A stretch of DNA of 64,000 nt from Eledone cirrhosa. Its lineage: Eukaryota. How positions within the stretch are numbered: the stretch's first letter is position 1; every line of letters starts with the position of its first letter. The notes under the pieces were generated by a model that was given only the letters and a program-made list of their open reading frames with translations, had not been told where the DNA came from and did not search any database. The stretch lies in NCBI GenBank assembly GCA_964016885.1, contig OZ024751.1, positions 25,730,001 to 25,794,000 of the forward strand, read 5' to 3'. Position numbers and translations under genes: made by a program. Positions 46,045 through 61,368 of this stretch are shown one piece after another.

Positions 46045-46500
46045 AAAGACCTGAAAATCCGTCTCTTCGTTGCTGTAGTGGAGTCTGTATGGGTCTGAGG
46101 CTTGGACACTGACCAAGAAACTCACTCAGATGGTGGATGGGTGCTACACAAGAATGCTGAGGATGGCTCTGAACATTAATCAGTATACACTGAGAATGAA
46201 GAACTCAGAGCTGTACGGGAGCCTCCCAAAAGTCAGCTCGAAAGTAGCACAGAGGAAACTGAGGTTAGCTGGACATTCTCACCGATTTCCAGAGTTGACA
46301 CTGCACTCGGTGCTCCTGTGGGAGCCCCTGCATGGACACACTGGAAGAGGGAGACCGAGGTTGACATATGTTGATGCCTTAAGGATAGACACTGGTCTCT
46401 TGGAGACGCAAGACATGGCAGCGATAATGAGCGACAGAGACCGCTGGAGAGAACTTGTCCATGGATCTCGGGAATTTTACCCGCCCTAGATAGATAGATA
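46045..46500 (+). mobile_element. RTE/RTEX-like LINE 3' fragment
   Basis: GSEAWTLT..DGCYTRMLRMALNI..KLRLAGHSHR..GRGRPRLTYVD; (TAGA)n tail. Confidence 0.8.
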
Positions 46501-46979
46501 TCCATACCTTCTCTGTCTGATTTTTTCCATCTACTCGTCCCCACTCTGTCCTTTTCCGCAGTCCCCCAATAATTACGTTTCATAGTTGTTTCAACTGAGG
46601 AATAAAATTCTCTGCACACACACATTCCTTTAAAAGAGAGTTTCCCAAGGATTTTTCAGAGAATACAACGCCGCTCTCTTCTCTGGAGTTTATCATAAAT
46701 TACACATCAAAAAATAAATGTTAATACATATTTTAAATGTTATTTTAAAATTGATTGAATAACTGAAGGTGAAAATTTTGCTAGCAGACTCTAATTAATG
46801 TTTTTGGTCTTTTTGTTCACTCAACACTTCCTGCTATTCAAAGAAATCTCTACCACCCGCTCGCTTGCATTCCAGGGATTCACCTAGAGTTTTCCATCGC
46901 CCCCAGCAATAGAGAAGCGGTGGAACCTACTTTGGGAATCGCTTCTCTAACCCAAACATAAAATGTATCAATACCACCA

Positions 46980-47290
46980 CATGTAGTAAACACGTATGGC
47001 TCAGATCAGATTATGCGTTGTGTCCTTGAATAAGACACTTTATTTCCCGTTACTCCAGTTTATTCAGCTGTAGAAATGAGTTGCGACATCACTGAAGCCA
47101 AGTTGTACCGGCCTTTGCCTTTCCCTCTGACAACATAAGTGTTGTAGAGGGGGAGACTGGTATGTAATGGTGACTGCTGGACTTCCTAAAGCAACCTTGC
47201 TCGGACATGTACTTTGGAGGAGAACTTTCTAGGTACAAACCCCATGGGCATTCGTGAACACAAGGTGTCTTTACTCCTTTACCCTAGTGA
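46980..47290 (+). mobile_element. Second SINE family, decayed; related copy at ~47470-47800
   Basis: TGTGTCCTTGAATAAGACACTTTATTTC..CTCCAGT..TCAGCTG core. Confidence 0.6.
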
Positions 47291-47861
47291 GCCAGCAAAA
47301 TCCACGTGCCGTTCTTCGACTCTTCTGACCTTCAGATCAAAAATACTTCATCATATCGCATTTTTCAACTTTGTTAAAAATATTAAAACTTCGTTGTTAT
47401 AATTTTTATTTTTGTTGTTGTTTTCAAAGGTTTCGGTGGGTGTTTTTAGGTCGATATTGTTATTGAGTGAAGAGAAGGTACGTGGCTCGTGATTGTAAGT
47501 TTGATACTGTAACCCAATAGCACTTTGGGTCCTTCAACAGGACAATTTATTGCACGTTGGGTCCTTCAACAGGACAGTTTATTGCACGTTGCTCCTCTTC
47601 ACTCAGCTGGTAAAATGATTTGTGCCTATAATTCAAGCGTCTTGTCACACACACCGTTCGCTGAATCTCCTTCAAACTTATGTTAAGGGCACACGTGTCT
47701 CTCCCATGCCCAACCACTTACACGTTTTTTTTTTTTATTTCACGGGCAGGCTTTTCTAATTGTTCAAATAACTGGAACAGTCATCGTCGCAACCGAAGGA
47801 GGCCCAACACAGTTGGTGGTTCTAGAGATAGAAATAGGGCTAAACACAATGATCCACCGAG

Positions 47862-47945
<84 letters not shown>

Positions 47946-47961
47946 GATATCTATATATATC

Positions 47962-48109
<148 letters not shown>

Positions 48110-48425
48110 GATATATAGATATAGATATAGATAATGTTATACTTGGGGAGGGTCATATTTGTGTAATAATATTGCCAGAATTAATAACAGAACACACTCA
48201 CTGTTTGGTTGGTTTTCGCTTCTGTGTCTTTTATATCGGTTAATTTAATTTATTCGGTCCTCAATGTGACTGACCAACGGTCAAAAATACAGATACAATA
48301 TAGACACAAACACATATATATAGTCTAACAAAGTTCTTTCGTTGCACATCTGCAGCATCGTCAGTGGTGCTATTATGTTTCCTCCCGTTGTATTGTATGC
48401 TTACGCCATCAAAAACCTCGCAAAA

Positions 48426-48499
<74 letters not shown>

Positions 48500-48501
<2 letters not shown>

Positions 48502-48599
48502 AAAATATTTGACCCCATCCTATTACCCACTCTACTACCCCAAGTATTGAATACTCTGGTGCGTTATGGTCCATCTGGTTCCTTACTACACCTCCTGCG

Positions 48600-48600
<1 letters not shown>
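48500..48600 (+). mobile_element. Family A element with collapsed arms
   Basis: GGAAAATATTTGACCCC joined to CCTATTACCCACTCT tail, in (TA)n. Confidence 0.8.
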
Positions 48601-48641
<41 letters not shown>

Positions 48642-49434
48642 ACAGGGAGAAAGAGACGATTATGAGGAAGAAAACATTTTTTTTTCCTTTTTTGGGGGTC
48701 TCTCTCTCTCTCTTTTTTCTGGGTTAGAAAATGATTAAAACAAAATGTTTTACTTTGTGTGAAGTGTTAAGGTATTAGTTGATTTATTTATTATTTAACA
48801 ATGGCATTTATTTATCTATTTATATATTTAATTATTGTCTATTACCGGTTTCTGCATTTATATGCATTATCAATTGATAGTGAAATGTATTAGTGTGGTG
48901 TCGCACATGTTAAACAGAAGGTGCAGAAAGAATAATGTTATATACAAACAAGGTTTAAGAAGTGAAAAGAAAAAGGAAAAAAGAAAAAAAACGTGCATAA
49001 ATACACACACACATTCATACACACATACATACACACATACATACACACACATACATACCCATACATACACACGTACATACGCACATATGCATACATATAC
49101 ACACACATACATACACACAAGCACACACACACACACACATCTATATATATATATATATATATATATACAGGCACAAACAGCCACACATACATCCATTTCA
49201 ATACATCTCCCCACTCAATAAACCGATAAATGAGATGTCATTCCTTTCTTTCTTCCTTCCAACCTTCCCTCCTACCACCCCACCCCCATCCTCACGTCCC
49301 ACCATCTCTCTCTATCGAAACTAGAGGTTCTATGGCTTCCACCATTGGTTCATTAATCACATTGAAACTAGTAGATATTCCAATGTTGGAAAACACATCA
49401 TCATCACCACTATCAGTAGTATCATTATCATCAT

Positions 49435-49850
49435 CTTTGAAAAGGAAAATCAGGGTAGAGAGGGAAGTGCTCTCTTCCCAGCATTTTGTTGAAAGATGGG
49501 TGAGAGAGGCAAGAATGGGCCGAGTGAATGGGCCTACTCTGAGTATGTGTCTGGTCTGTAAATTAATGGTGGAAAACTGGGAGAGGGCACTTGCCCTGGT
49601 GGTCAGGGTCACTGTGGTCTTTTAATGGGATTTCTCAATTCTCAACGAATATCCTCGGAAGTCCCCCCCCCCTCCCCCCTATTGGGGAATTTTTCATTGT
49701 TAATTTTTTGTTACATCCTCTGTTTTGGGGGTTTTCTTACACGCAGAAATGCCCATTTGTACCGTCCTGTATTGTCCTTAATGTTTTACTTTGTGTAAAC
49801 CCTTGTAGTTAATAAAGAAAGCATTATCATCATCATCATCATCATCATTA
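49435..49850 (+). mobile_element. Tx1-like LINE 3' end with AATAAA and (ATC)n tail
   Basis: LKRKIRVEREVLSSQHFVERW, then 3' UTR; ATC repeats on both sides. Confidence 0.6.
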
Positions 49851-49882
49851 TTATTATTATTATCATTATTATTATTATTATT

Positions 49883-50045
49883 AGGGCGTATTATTTGGCA
49901 GTATCGGTAGAGCGTCAGACGCTATGCTTTGCAGTAGAGTTATGGCCCTTTGCGTTCTGAGTTCAAATCCACCGAGGTTAACTTTGCCCTTCATCCTTAC
50001 GGGGTCGATAAAATAGTTGCTGGCCTTGTGCCAAAAGTAGAAACA
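49883..50045 (+). mobile_element. tRNA-SINE in (ATT)n
   Basis: A/B boxes and core. Confidence 0.88.
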
Positions 50046-50643
50046 ATTATTATTATCAGCAGCGGCAGCTTTATCATCGTCATTATCAGCAGCAGCACCG
50101 CTACCATCAACATAAACATCATCATCAGCGAAAACATCATCATCAACATAAACATCATCATCAGCGAAAACATCATCATCAACATAAACATCACCATGAA
50201 CGTAAACATTATCATCAACAATATCATCATCAACATCATCAGAATCATCATCAACATTATCCTCATCGTCATCACCACCACCATCATCATCATCATTATT
50301 ATCACCATCATCATCATTACTATCATCACCATCCTCACCATCCACTTAGCCTCAGGTCAATGTTTATCTCTATATAATGGTTCATACATATATAAAGTAT
50401 TATATCATTTCTTGTCTTCCTCCAAACTCTATTTCTTATAGTATAGTTAAATCCCAACTAACAGACTAATTCTATGTAGTCAAATACGGCGTAAGCACAT
50501 GGAACTACCTAATTTTCAAATTCGCTAGTCGTTTGTAAACAAAGCCTACTATGTTTCTCCGTATTTATATACATATATATATATATGTGTGTGTGTGTGT
50601 CTTTGTGCGTGTGTATACTTATATACGTACATGTATGCATTGT

Positions 50644-50716
50644 TATACGTTGGGAGGGTCATGCTGCCAATAAAAACTAAAAGACTGGGAATGGCAGCAT
50701 GAACCCTCAAAGTATA
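50644..50716. mobile_element. Mini-MITE/hairpin
   Basis: TATACGTTGGGAGGGTCATGCTGCCA vs TGGCAGCATGAACCCTCAAAGTATA; similar left end at 48138. Confidence 0.55.
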
Positions 50717-51018
50717 GGTATCTGTTTCAGCCAAGGTTTTCAGATAAAAAAAATCTTGAGAAACGAATACAAAAACGATATATATATACATATAATATTT
50801 CTTTTCGCAAAACCGCCAATCAAAATGAAGTAAATTTGACCATGAATGAAAACTGATATGTACTCTCTCAAAGCTGTAGGAAGATCATTCTCTGTCATTA
50901 CCATAACAGAAGTCCGACGAGCTTTTGATTCTACAATCGGACCAGCTGGTCAATCGCGAAACGGGCGTCACACCTCAATAAATGAAATGAAGATCTAACA
51001 ACTCCTCCTTATCATTAT

Positions 51019-51087
<69 letters not shown>

Positions 51088-51923
51088 AGAGAGAGGGAGA
51101 GAGTGAGAGAGAGAGAGAAAGAGAGAGAGGGAGAGAAAGATACAGAGAGTGAGAGAGAGAGAAAATACACATACACCAATAGGAGACATTTCTATCGTGT
51201 CTGAACATAAATTAGAAGACTCATTTTTCCTTGAATAATGTTAGAATTTTAATTAATTTTGCGTGAATTGCTTAGAGAAAAATAATTAAAAATACCAATT
51301 TCTTTTCATTAAGCAATTCGCGGGGGTGTAATCTATTTGATGTTAGTAGATGTTGGTGTTGGTGTTGTTGTGGTGGTGGTGGTGGTGATGGTCTGTGTAG
51401 TTGTTGTTATTGATGCAATTTACGAAGAATCTAAATACATGTGCCAAAATATATAAGCATGAATATATGTGTCTGTGTGTATATATGTATATATATATAT
51501 ATGTGTGTGTATGTGTGTGTGTGTGTGGTTATCTGTGTGCGTGTGTGTGAGTTCTTCTGGTCTCATTATTTTATAAGTTTTCACCAATAGAGAGAGTGTG
51601 CCGGTTTCTAACATCACCACAAGTGTCTTTCACTGGAATTTAGGCAACACCAACTAGGTAGATATGTATGTATGCGTGCGCGTGTGTGTGTGTGTCTCTC
51701 TCTCTGTTTGTGTGTCTGTGTGTGTGTGCAGGTATGGATCTGTATATGTTTTAGTTATATGTGTACACGTGCATATGTTTTGTATCTATACATGTGTATA
51801 TGTATGTATATATGTATGTATGTATGTATGTATATATATGTGTATGTATGTATGTATATAGGTATATATATGTATGCATATATGCATGTATATATACATA
51901 TATGTGCATGTATATATATATAT

Positions 51924-52052
<129 letters not shown>

Positions 52053-52077
52053 TATACATGCACATATATGTATATAT

Positions 52078-52686
52078 GGTGGCTGCCAACTCGTTTTCGG
52101 GTACGGCCACTACTTTATATCCATGTAGGAGAACTCGTACCGATGTGCTAAACGAGTGTGACTTTTTAGTCCAGCCAGCGACTTGAAAACTCTGGTACAA
52201 ACACTACACTTGTGACAATTATTGACACATAGTGCTGGGCCGATGGTACCATGTGACGACAAGTGTAGAGAGATCTCCAGATATAAAGCAATGCCTGTGC
52301 CGTGAAGCTTTTATAGTGAGCAAAAGCACCGCACAAAGCCAGTCCCACTCTCTTAACCAAGATGATATTTACCAAAAAGAAGAACAAGTCACCATCATTG
52401 GATACCATCAGGGTTGCAGGTGTTATATCAGAGTTTTCCTTCTCCTAGAATTCTGCCTTGACAAAGGCTAAGGGGTCATCTCTCCCGGTGATTTTGGATG
52501 GCCATTGACTCTTAAGAGCTCCTTTGCCCTTTGACAGGTTTTGTTTTTAGTCCTACAGGATGTCCAAAGTCACCCTCCTCACCAAGAAAACTTGGTGGGG
52601 TTGCCAGTTTAGTCGCCAACAAACCCGACATGAGACAGGTTATACTAGGATACATGTTACCAGTAGCACCAACTGGTGACCTGACA
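52078..52686 (-). mobile_element. Second, longer copy of the 29148-29698 repeat
   Basis: Direct sequence match with the same left boundary. Confidence 0.75.
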
Positions 52687-53574
52687 TATACATGCATATA
52701 TACATACATATATACCTATATACATACATACATACACATATACAGACATACATACATACATACATACATATATACATCCATATACACATGTATAGATACA
52801 AAACATATGCACGTGTACACATATAACTAAAACAAATACAAATAAATAGTAAAAAGAAAAAAACAGTAGAAAATGCTAAAGGGATTTTCTCTCAGAATTA
52901 CATCAAAACATTTATTTACAAAATAGGAATTTCCCCATTATTTGTACCGGTTTCAGCTTGTAAGCTTTTTCACACGACGGAAGTGTATAATGCAATTAAA
53001 AATGCATATTAATAAGAACAATAAGAATATGGGAGGAAAATGTTTTCACATACATATATAGGGAGAAAAGATCATATGTTTGTCTTTAGTTTTCTTTCTT
53101 TCTCTCTTAGTGTTGACCTTAGCCTTACCAACAGTAGTGGTGGCAGGGAAGAATCAGTTCCGTTGAAGCTGTTGACTTCGACTATATATATATATATGTG
53201 TATACATATACGTATATGTATGTATGTAATGTATTTTTCTCACAAGTTCTTGGAATACATCTTTTCTACTTAAATTTGTATTAATATGATATTTCTCTGA
53301 ATCAATTTTATTTTTTTAAATTGAAATAAATTACTTTTAATTTCCTTTTGTTGTATTTAATCTCCTCATTGTCTTCTCTCTTTAGTAACAAAATTTTTGT
53401 TTTATATTAATAAATCATAAATAGATAAATTTAAGATTAATCAGAAAACACTACCTATGTCCATTAAGCTTTAGAAATATTAAAGATTCCAAATTAGCAT
53501 TTATATTTCTCACACAAATAAAAGATATTTATGAATTTAAAAAAATAACACTTATAAGTGACTTTTAACAAATA

Positions 53575-53896
53575 ACATTGAGCGAAGTTTCACTAAGGCA
53601 AAGAAGGCTGACCCTACAGCCTACCACGACATCAATACGAAAGCCAAGCACTTAACTTCCACCCTTAAGTTAGATGAGCAACTCCAATGCTTAGCTAAGG
53701 GCGAGGCCTTTCCCACCCTTAAGGATCACAAGCTAGACTTTGCTTCTAATTCCATGTATAGACTACTGAACCCGGCACGTACGGAGATGGAGCTAGTCAG
53801 TAAGGCTATACTTAGGAATATAGTTAAGACTATTAGTACTAAGTCTAACATGGCCCAGTGGGAAAACAGTGACTCTGTCATTAAGTGGTTTTCTGC
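53575..53896 (+). mobile_element. PLE reverse transcriptase N-terminal fragment (not in ORF track)
   Basis: AFPTLKDHKLDFASNSMYRLLNPARTEMELVSKAILRNI..QWENSDSVIKWF. Confidence 0.8.
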
Positions 53897-54392
53897 TGGT
53901 CATCAGTTTGTCACGGAAGAGTGAGTGGAAAGGAAAAGGGGGAAACATAAGAGAAGTAGGTTATACTAGGTTGGGGTGGGCTTATTTGTAAGCTGTTTAT
54001 TCTTAAAGAGGCATTTGCGCTATACAGAAATAATGAAATAATGAATTATATCCCTGGATATATATATATATATAATACATTATAAAGAAGAAACATTAGA
54101 CATAAATAAAAAATATAGATACCCAATATTCCTCGACTGCGCAGTTTCGTGGCTACTTTGCAAAAACATTACATCATAGAGATGCAGTATTTTTGTGAGG
54201 TTTGCCAACTTATCAAGAGAATACCTCATTTAAAGTTTCAAAACACGTCCGCAAGGCGTGAGAGAGAATCCTGGAAAGGCGGAGTGGGAACTTATCACGT
54301 GATACAGCGGTCAAGAAACAGAGTTAAGCATCTTACAACCAAGAGAAAAATACCACAAATGGCGGAGGGGGCATTAATATCTAGGCTACAGA

Positions 54393-54936
<544 letters not shown>

Positions 54937-56278
54937 TATATATATATATATATATTCGTACATATTTTATTTATTTGTGTTCCAGCCAAGAGGCTGAGGC
55001 CATGCTGGGGCACCGCCACCGATGCTACACTTTCTATAGTCAACCTTCCTTGGTTAGCCATTGGTGCAAAAGGGAGTTTGTTACTGCTGTTCTTGTCTAT
55101 GCTTCGCCTTGTGCCGTAGGTTCACTCGGCAGCTTGCATCAAGGAAACTATGTTTTCACTGGTCCTTCTTTTGCTGATATTATCTTCCATTTACAATTAG
55201 GTTTGAACTCAGAATGTACAAAGACTTAATAGATATCCGAATGTAATCTATCCAACGTTTTAACAATGCAGCCGGCCCTGTAATGCTACATCATTTATAT
55301 GTTTATTGACCACGGCTGGATGAATAAAAACTTTGACCTCGGCAAGATTTGAACTCAGAGTTCAGATAGCCGGAATAAACACCGATATGTTTCAACCGAC
55401 CATCAATTTGTGAGTAAATATTAAACGGTCAAGGTATCTATCCGTGTTTTATGTCGACGTATTGATATTAACATCAGAAACTATAACATTTAAAAGTAAT
55501 TTATGACAAAGAGTTATCTCCTCGTAATGGGAAAAGATGAAATATTTACAACTATAACTACAGATATATAAAACTCTTTTCAACAAGTGAATGTTTTAAA
55601 TATCTAAAGATAAAAACCTGATATGTGATGTCAAAGTTGAATTGTTCCTCTTCTGAAATATATCTGTTGCATATTCCTGCTCTCCTATATATTCTATTAA
55701 ATCATTTTTAGTTTGGTTTCTTCTGCAAACGATATAACGTCAGCATAAACTAAGAAATTTTACTGCAAAGATAATGCCCATAATCTTAAGTTTTACTCTG
55801 CTTTGCAAGAGAAATAGCCTCGTCTCGGGATATAAGAAGTTGTGCTGATAAGATAATGTATATAGATATATAGACAAAAGAAAGTAATTTTATATACATA
55901 ATAAATGAGATAAAGTATCTAAAGTCACTTATAGCTTTTGAGAAAGAAAAATGCTGTAACTCTTAAAGTATTGTGATATATTCATATTACAGATAAGTCT
56001 GAAATGGTTGAGTTAACCAGAGAAACTCTTCCATGTAATAAAGCAGATTTCGGGAGATACAAAATAAATCAACAACTTTAAGAGTGAAATCAAAATATGT
56101 CACGAAAATGATTGAAAACTGATCGCCATTGATAGGACTCACAAGAAGTGTCTTTCTGAATGTCTTTGGTCTTACAGGTAACTTGTTTTTCAGTTTTATA
56201 ATATTCATTCCATTCGAGTCGTTAGTTTATTGGTTTGCGAACAGATTTATTTCGTTAAAATGATTTACATCATTTCAC

Positions 56279-56478
56279 CTGGTGATGGTCCGCAGTAAAC
56301 TGGCAGAGTGATGGCTAAGGCCTCGGAGAGGGTGTGTGCACGTGAGTATATGTGTATATGTGTGTGAGTGCAACACAAGAAATCGTCTTCCTCACTGATT
56401 AACGAACGTGTGCGCTCTGCCCAGCTGGGTTCGAATTTTAATAATACGAATTTAATTGATCATTGATTGGGTGGGGGA
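56279..56478 (-). promoter_or_regulatory. Possible promoter and non-coding first exon
   Basis: Unique GC-richer island; on the minus strand CCAAT (~56466-56470), Inr-like TCAGT (~56394-56398) and donor CAG|GTGAAA at 56279/56278. Confidence 0.25.
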
Positions 56479-56524
56479 AACGACTGAAGCTATGTCTGTT
56501 CTATTAGACTTGCTTCTTCTCTTC

Positions 56525-56565
<41 letters not shown>

Positions 56566-56612
56566 CTGGCCTTGTGCCTAAAGTAGAAACAATTATATAT
56601 ATATATATATGC

Positions 56613-56745
56613 TTAAAAATAAGAATGTCTGCTGGGGGTCTCGGATATTTCTAAGCATTAAGACAAATATCCGAAACCCCCAGCAGACAACTGATGAGGA
56701 AAACTCCTCCCATCGTTCTTGCTTTCTTCTTATTCTTATTTTTAA
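56613..56745. repeat. Fold-back element in (TA)n
   Basis: TGTCTGCTGGGGGTCTCGGATATTT vs AAATATCCGAAACCCCCAGCAGACA; AAAAATAAGAAT/ATTCTTATTTTT outer pair. Confidence 0.65.
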
Positions 56746-56798
56746 TCATACCTTATCTAGCAGCTACACACCCAATCCTCTTCATATATATATATATA

Positions 56799-56856
56799 GG
56801 AACGAGTAGGACCCCGACGGCTGAGCTCAAGCCGTTTCGACGGCTAATTGTGGACT
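56799..56856 (-). mobile_element. Family A single arm
   Basis: GGAACGAGTAGGACCCCGACGGCTGAGCTCAAGCCGTTTCGACGGCTAATT after (TA)n. Confidence 0.8.
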
Positions 56857-56974
56857 TTGGGTTGAACTCGTCAAATCGGACCGAGAAAACAATGTTTACT
56901 CTAGGCAGAAGGGGCAACGTGAATTAAAGTGCTCAAGGACATAACGCATCACCCGGTCCGGGAATTGAAATTAC

Positions 56975-57016
<42 letters not shown>

Positions 57017-57023
<7 letters not shown>

Positions 57024-57240
57024 CAATGAAATTAAACACAAAACTCTTAATTCATAGTAAAACTCATGTAAAACTCTTAGTAAAACTTGTTTTACTAAGA
57101 GTGTTTAATTTCATTGTTTTAATATTTCTATTTTGACTCTGTATCCAATTGAATTATATCGTTTATAAAATGTTTGTATTTTAAACTTTGCTTCACGACA
57201 TCTTCTACATACGGATTACATTGAGTTCTTTATACGGTTT
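57017..57240 (+). mobile_element. Fold-back plus tail element after (TA)n
   Basis: ATTAAAACAATGAAATTAAACAC vs GTGTTTAATTTCATTGTTTTAAT; tail shares TTCACGACATC with ~20630. Confidence 0.55.
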
Positions 57241-57265
57241 AGACCCTACCATTGAGTGGTAGATT

Positions 57266-57308
<43 letters not shown>

Positions 57309-57344
57309 GAGAAGAATTGAGTGCTGCGTGGTTGCACATCGGTT

Positions 57345-57389
<45 letters not shown>

Positions 57390-57430
57390 GAAGATGCGAC
57401 AAAAACCCCAAACCCTCCATCTCAACTCTA

Positions 57431-57466
57431 CTTTTGAAAAGCACAAGAACTGCGAAACCGGTAAAG
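57431..57466 (+). ncRNA. Minimal hammerhead with U3-A8 core (family F)
   Basis: CTT-TTGAAAA-GCA-CAAGAAC-TGC-GAAA-CCGG-TA-AAG. Confidence 0.6.
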
Positions 57467-57582
57467 GAACCAAATAAATATTCTTAAAAAGACTCCAGTT
57501 GCATATTCGACTTCATCTTTTTTCCTTATACTTTCAATCGTGTAGGACGTCGCGTTTTTTTTTATTTTTTAAAGAGAGAGAG

Positions 57583-57722
<140 letters not shown>

Positions 57723-58561
57723 ATAAATAGCAACACAAACACAGAGATGCAAAACCACATTTTCCTATCATATATAAATACATATATAAAGTGAAACAAT
57801 AATGGCAGTGCCCCAGCATAGCCTCAGCTTGTCGACTGGAACACATAATAGTATAATATCCATGTATATATGTATATAAGTGTAGGACTCACTGATATAT
57901 GTACACAGAATATTCATATATATATATATATATTATATATACAAACACCTACGCGGAGAGATATTCGTGCGTATTTGCCATTATACGTGTATATATATAT
58001 ATACCATATGAGTCTGTGTATGACAATATGTTGTCTGTATAAAAATGTATGTGTGTGTACTCCAGTGGATATTAAACCTGATACATAAGAACTTTGACAG
58101 TTGCTATTTTATTTCCGTGACAGAAGACCTACAAAGAAAGACGACATGTGAAATATATATATATATATATTTATATATACACACACACACATAGAATTGG
58201 CGTTAAGCCACAACGACAAACAGGGTAATAGATTTCTCTGGGAAAGATATAACAATTAAAGATTAATTTACAAACATTTCGTATGGAATATCCAGTGTTT
58301 ATGGCAAGAACTTTCCATGTTCCCAGCTCCAAATATCACCAAAGATGAAATATAATGTAACATAACATAATTATATTGGTAATTTTATATCTCAAGTGTC
58401 GCTGCTGAAGAAATGTTTTCATATATAGAAACATAACAATTATTCAAGAGATATCTAACCATATTTTGCAATTATAACGATATGAGTGACAATAACCCTT
58501 GTTATTATAAGTTCTTCAATCTATCAAAATCTGTCGAAGGGCTTTATCAATTTCAATTTCC

Positions 58562-58829
58562 GTCTTAAGAAAAATGGTATAAATTTAGGGTGGACTGGGT
58601 CTTAGAAAAAATGGTACAAATTTAGGGAAAATGTTACAAATTTAGGGAATATTTAGTCTTAGGGAAAATGGTAGAAATTAGGGAGGACTTAGTCTTAAGA
58701 AAAATGGTACTAATTTAGGGAGGGTTCGGTCTTAGCAAAATGCTAAAATTTAGGACAAATTCTTAGGAAAAATGGTAGAAATTTAGGGAGGACTTAGTCT
58801 TAGGAAAAATGCGATAAATATAGGGAGGA
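58562..58829. repeat. Degenerate ~37-bp minisatellite
   Basis: GTCTTAGGAAAAATGGTAGAAATTTAGGGAGGACTTA-like units. Confidence 0.8.
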
Positions 58830-59580
58830 TAGACGATAACATCGTCACATTTTACCTGACTGTTGTGTATTTTAACAATTCCCTTAAGGATGAAAAGCTA
58901 AATTGAACTCCATTAGATTTGAACTCAAAATGTGTCAAATCATTCTGTCCAACACTATAATATTTCTACAACTCTAATCGTCATAAATTATATTAATTAA
59001 AAATGTTATTTGGAACTTTATTACAATTTTTATTAACATTCACTACATATATACACTCATACACATTTCATCAAGCAATACATAGATACATTAAGTGAAA
59101 GATACAAAAATTGGCCAGACAATCACACACACACACACACACATATATACATGTATGTATGTGTGTATATATGTATATCTATCTATATATACTACTAAAC
59201 TATGTGATTGCTTGTCTGTAATGAAATACAGTCAAAAGAGCACATAATAGGAAAATACTTTGAAAGGAAGTTGCCTCTGAAATGGGAATACAAATGGAAT
59301 AAAACAATCTGATGTAAATCGGAGCACGGGTTCCCGAGATATGGGGGTTTTCCGGGTACCTTCATAAACAAAGAGAGAGAAAGATAGAGAGGAAAAGATA
59401 ATGGTTGTGAGAGAGTAGATTGAAAGAGAGACATAGTGAGAGGGAGAGGAGACAGAGAAGGCCAATGGAAGAGAGAGAGAGAGCTGGTGGTGTTGTGTAA
59501 ATATACATGAGTGTGTGTTTATATATATATGTCTGTATATGTGTGTGTCTATGACCAGTGTATATAGATCACCGACACCC

Positions 59581-59613
<33 letters not shown>

Positions 59614-60315
59614 TACATATATATATGTATACACACGCACACATTTGAATATATATATACATACACCCACGAGTATATATGGGCCTTCCAGTTTCATTTC
59701 ACATTATATACATGTCTGTGTATATTTTAATTATTTAAAAATTATTTTTGAGTGAACATGATTTCTTAAAAATATTTTGAAAAAATATTTTATTGCTGTG
59801 TGTATCTCAGATATTGGAGAGGTTTCGAAAGGGGAATGTGTGTGTGTTTGTGTGCGTACGTGTTTGTGTGTGCATATGTGTATGTATGTGTATGTGTTGA
59901 TCTGTGTACACATACATATACACACATAGAAACAGTCCTACGGGATTATAGAGAAAGGAGTCGGTCTCGAATATGATCATAGCTGCGCCTCATTTCGTAG
60001 TATGGCCGCTCGAGAAACCGCGTGGCTTCGAGTACGACGATATGGTTGTACAACCGCAAACAATTGATCCACAAAGTGTGGAGTTACTGCGTACGTGGAG
60101 GGATATAGATATTATAGAGGGAGAGCTGGAGTAAATGATGGGAAATATTCAACACAGATGGTGTCATAGTGGCTGTCACATAAGACGTACGTCAGAGATA
60201 CAAGCAGAAATGCACCCTCAATCGAGAACCATGGAGTGTTGTATGTCTATAGTGTATGATGCAGGCATAAATATAAATATTTGGGGTGGGAATGGAGGTT
60301 GAAGGAGATATAATA

Positions 60316-60487
60316 AGTGTTTCTACTTTTGGCACAAGGTCAGCAATTATCCCAGTGCATTATTGGTACTTTATTTTATCGACACCTTAAGGATGAAAGG
60401 CAAAGTTAACCTCGGTGGGACTTGAACTCAGACCGTAAAGGGGCCGCAATCGTATGCTACAAAGCATGGCATCCGGCCCTCTACCGA
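60316..60487 (-). mobile_element. tRNA-SINE
   Basis: Reverse complement of consensus. Confidence 0.85.
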
Positions 60488-60582
60488 AGGAGTTATGATA
60501 ATGTTTGATGATTTTAATTACTGTGGATGCAGATGTATGAGTACATAATACAACCGTTTGTGTGTGTATGCATGCTGTCTGT

Positions 60583-61368
60583 ATGGTGTGTGTATACACG
60601 GTGTGTGTATATATGTTGTGTGTATATATGTTGTGTGTATACATGTGGTGTCTATAGATGTGGTGTCTATACATGTGGTGTCTATACATGTGGTGTCTAT
60701 ACATGTTGAGTCTATACATGTGGTGTCTATACATGTGGTGTGTATACATCTGGTGTCTATACATGCGGTGTCTATACATGTGGTGTGTATACATGTGGTG
60801 TCTATACATGCGGTGTCTATACATGTGGTGTCTATACATGTGGTGTCTATACATGCTGAGTCTATACATGTGGTGTCTATACATGTGGTGTGTATACATG
60901 TGGTGTCTATACATGTGGTGTCTATACATGTAGTGTCTATACATGTGGTGTCTATACATGTGGTGTCTATACATGCGGTGTCTATACATGTGGTGTGTAT
61001 ACATGTGGTGTCTATACATGTGGTGTGTATACATCTGGTGTCTATACATGCGGTGTCTATACATGTGGTGTGTATACATGTGGTGTCTATACATGCGGTG
61101 TCTATACATGTGGTGTCTATACATGTGGTGTCTATACATGTAGTGTCTATACATGTGGTGTCTATACATGCGGTGTCTATACATGTGGTGTGTATACATG
61201 TGGTGTCTATACATGCGGTGTCTATACATGTGGTGTGTATACATGTGGTGTCTATACATGTGGTGTGTATACATGTCGTGTCTATACATGTGGTGTGTAT
61301 ACATGTGGTGTCTATACATGTGGTGTGTATACATGTGGTGTCTATACATGTGGTGTCTATACATGTGG
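60583..61368. repeat. 15-bp minisatellite, about 50 copies
   Basis: TGGTGTCTATACATG units. Confidence 0.95.

Noticed and set aside
50644-50716. Pre-miRNA-like hairpin
   Set aside because: TA-bounded ends and a similar end at 48138 point to a MITE.
58562-58829. TTTAGGG motifs as telomeric repeat
   Set aside because: They are single motifs inside longer minisatellite units, not tandem arrays.
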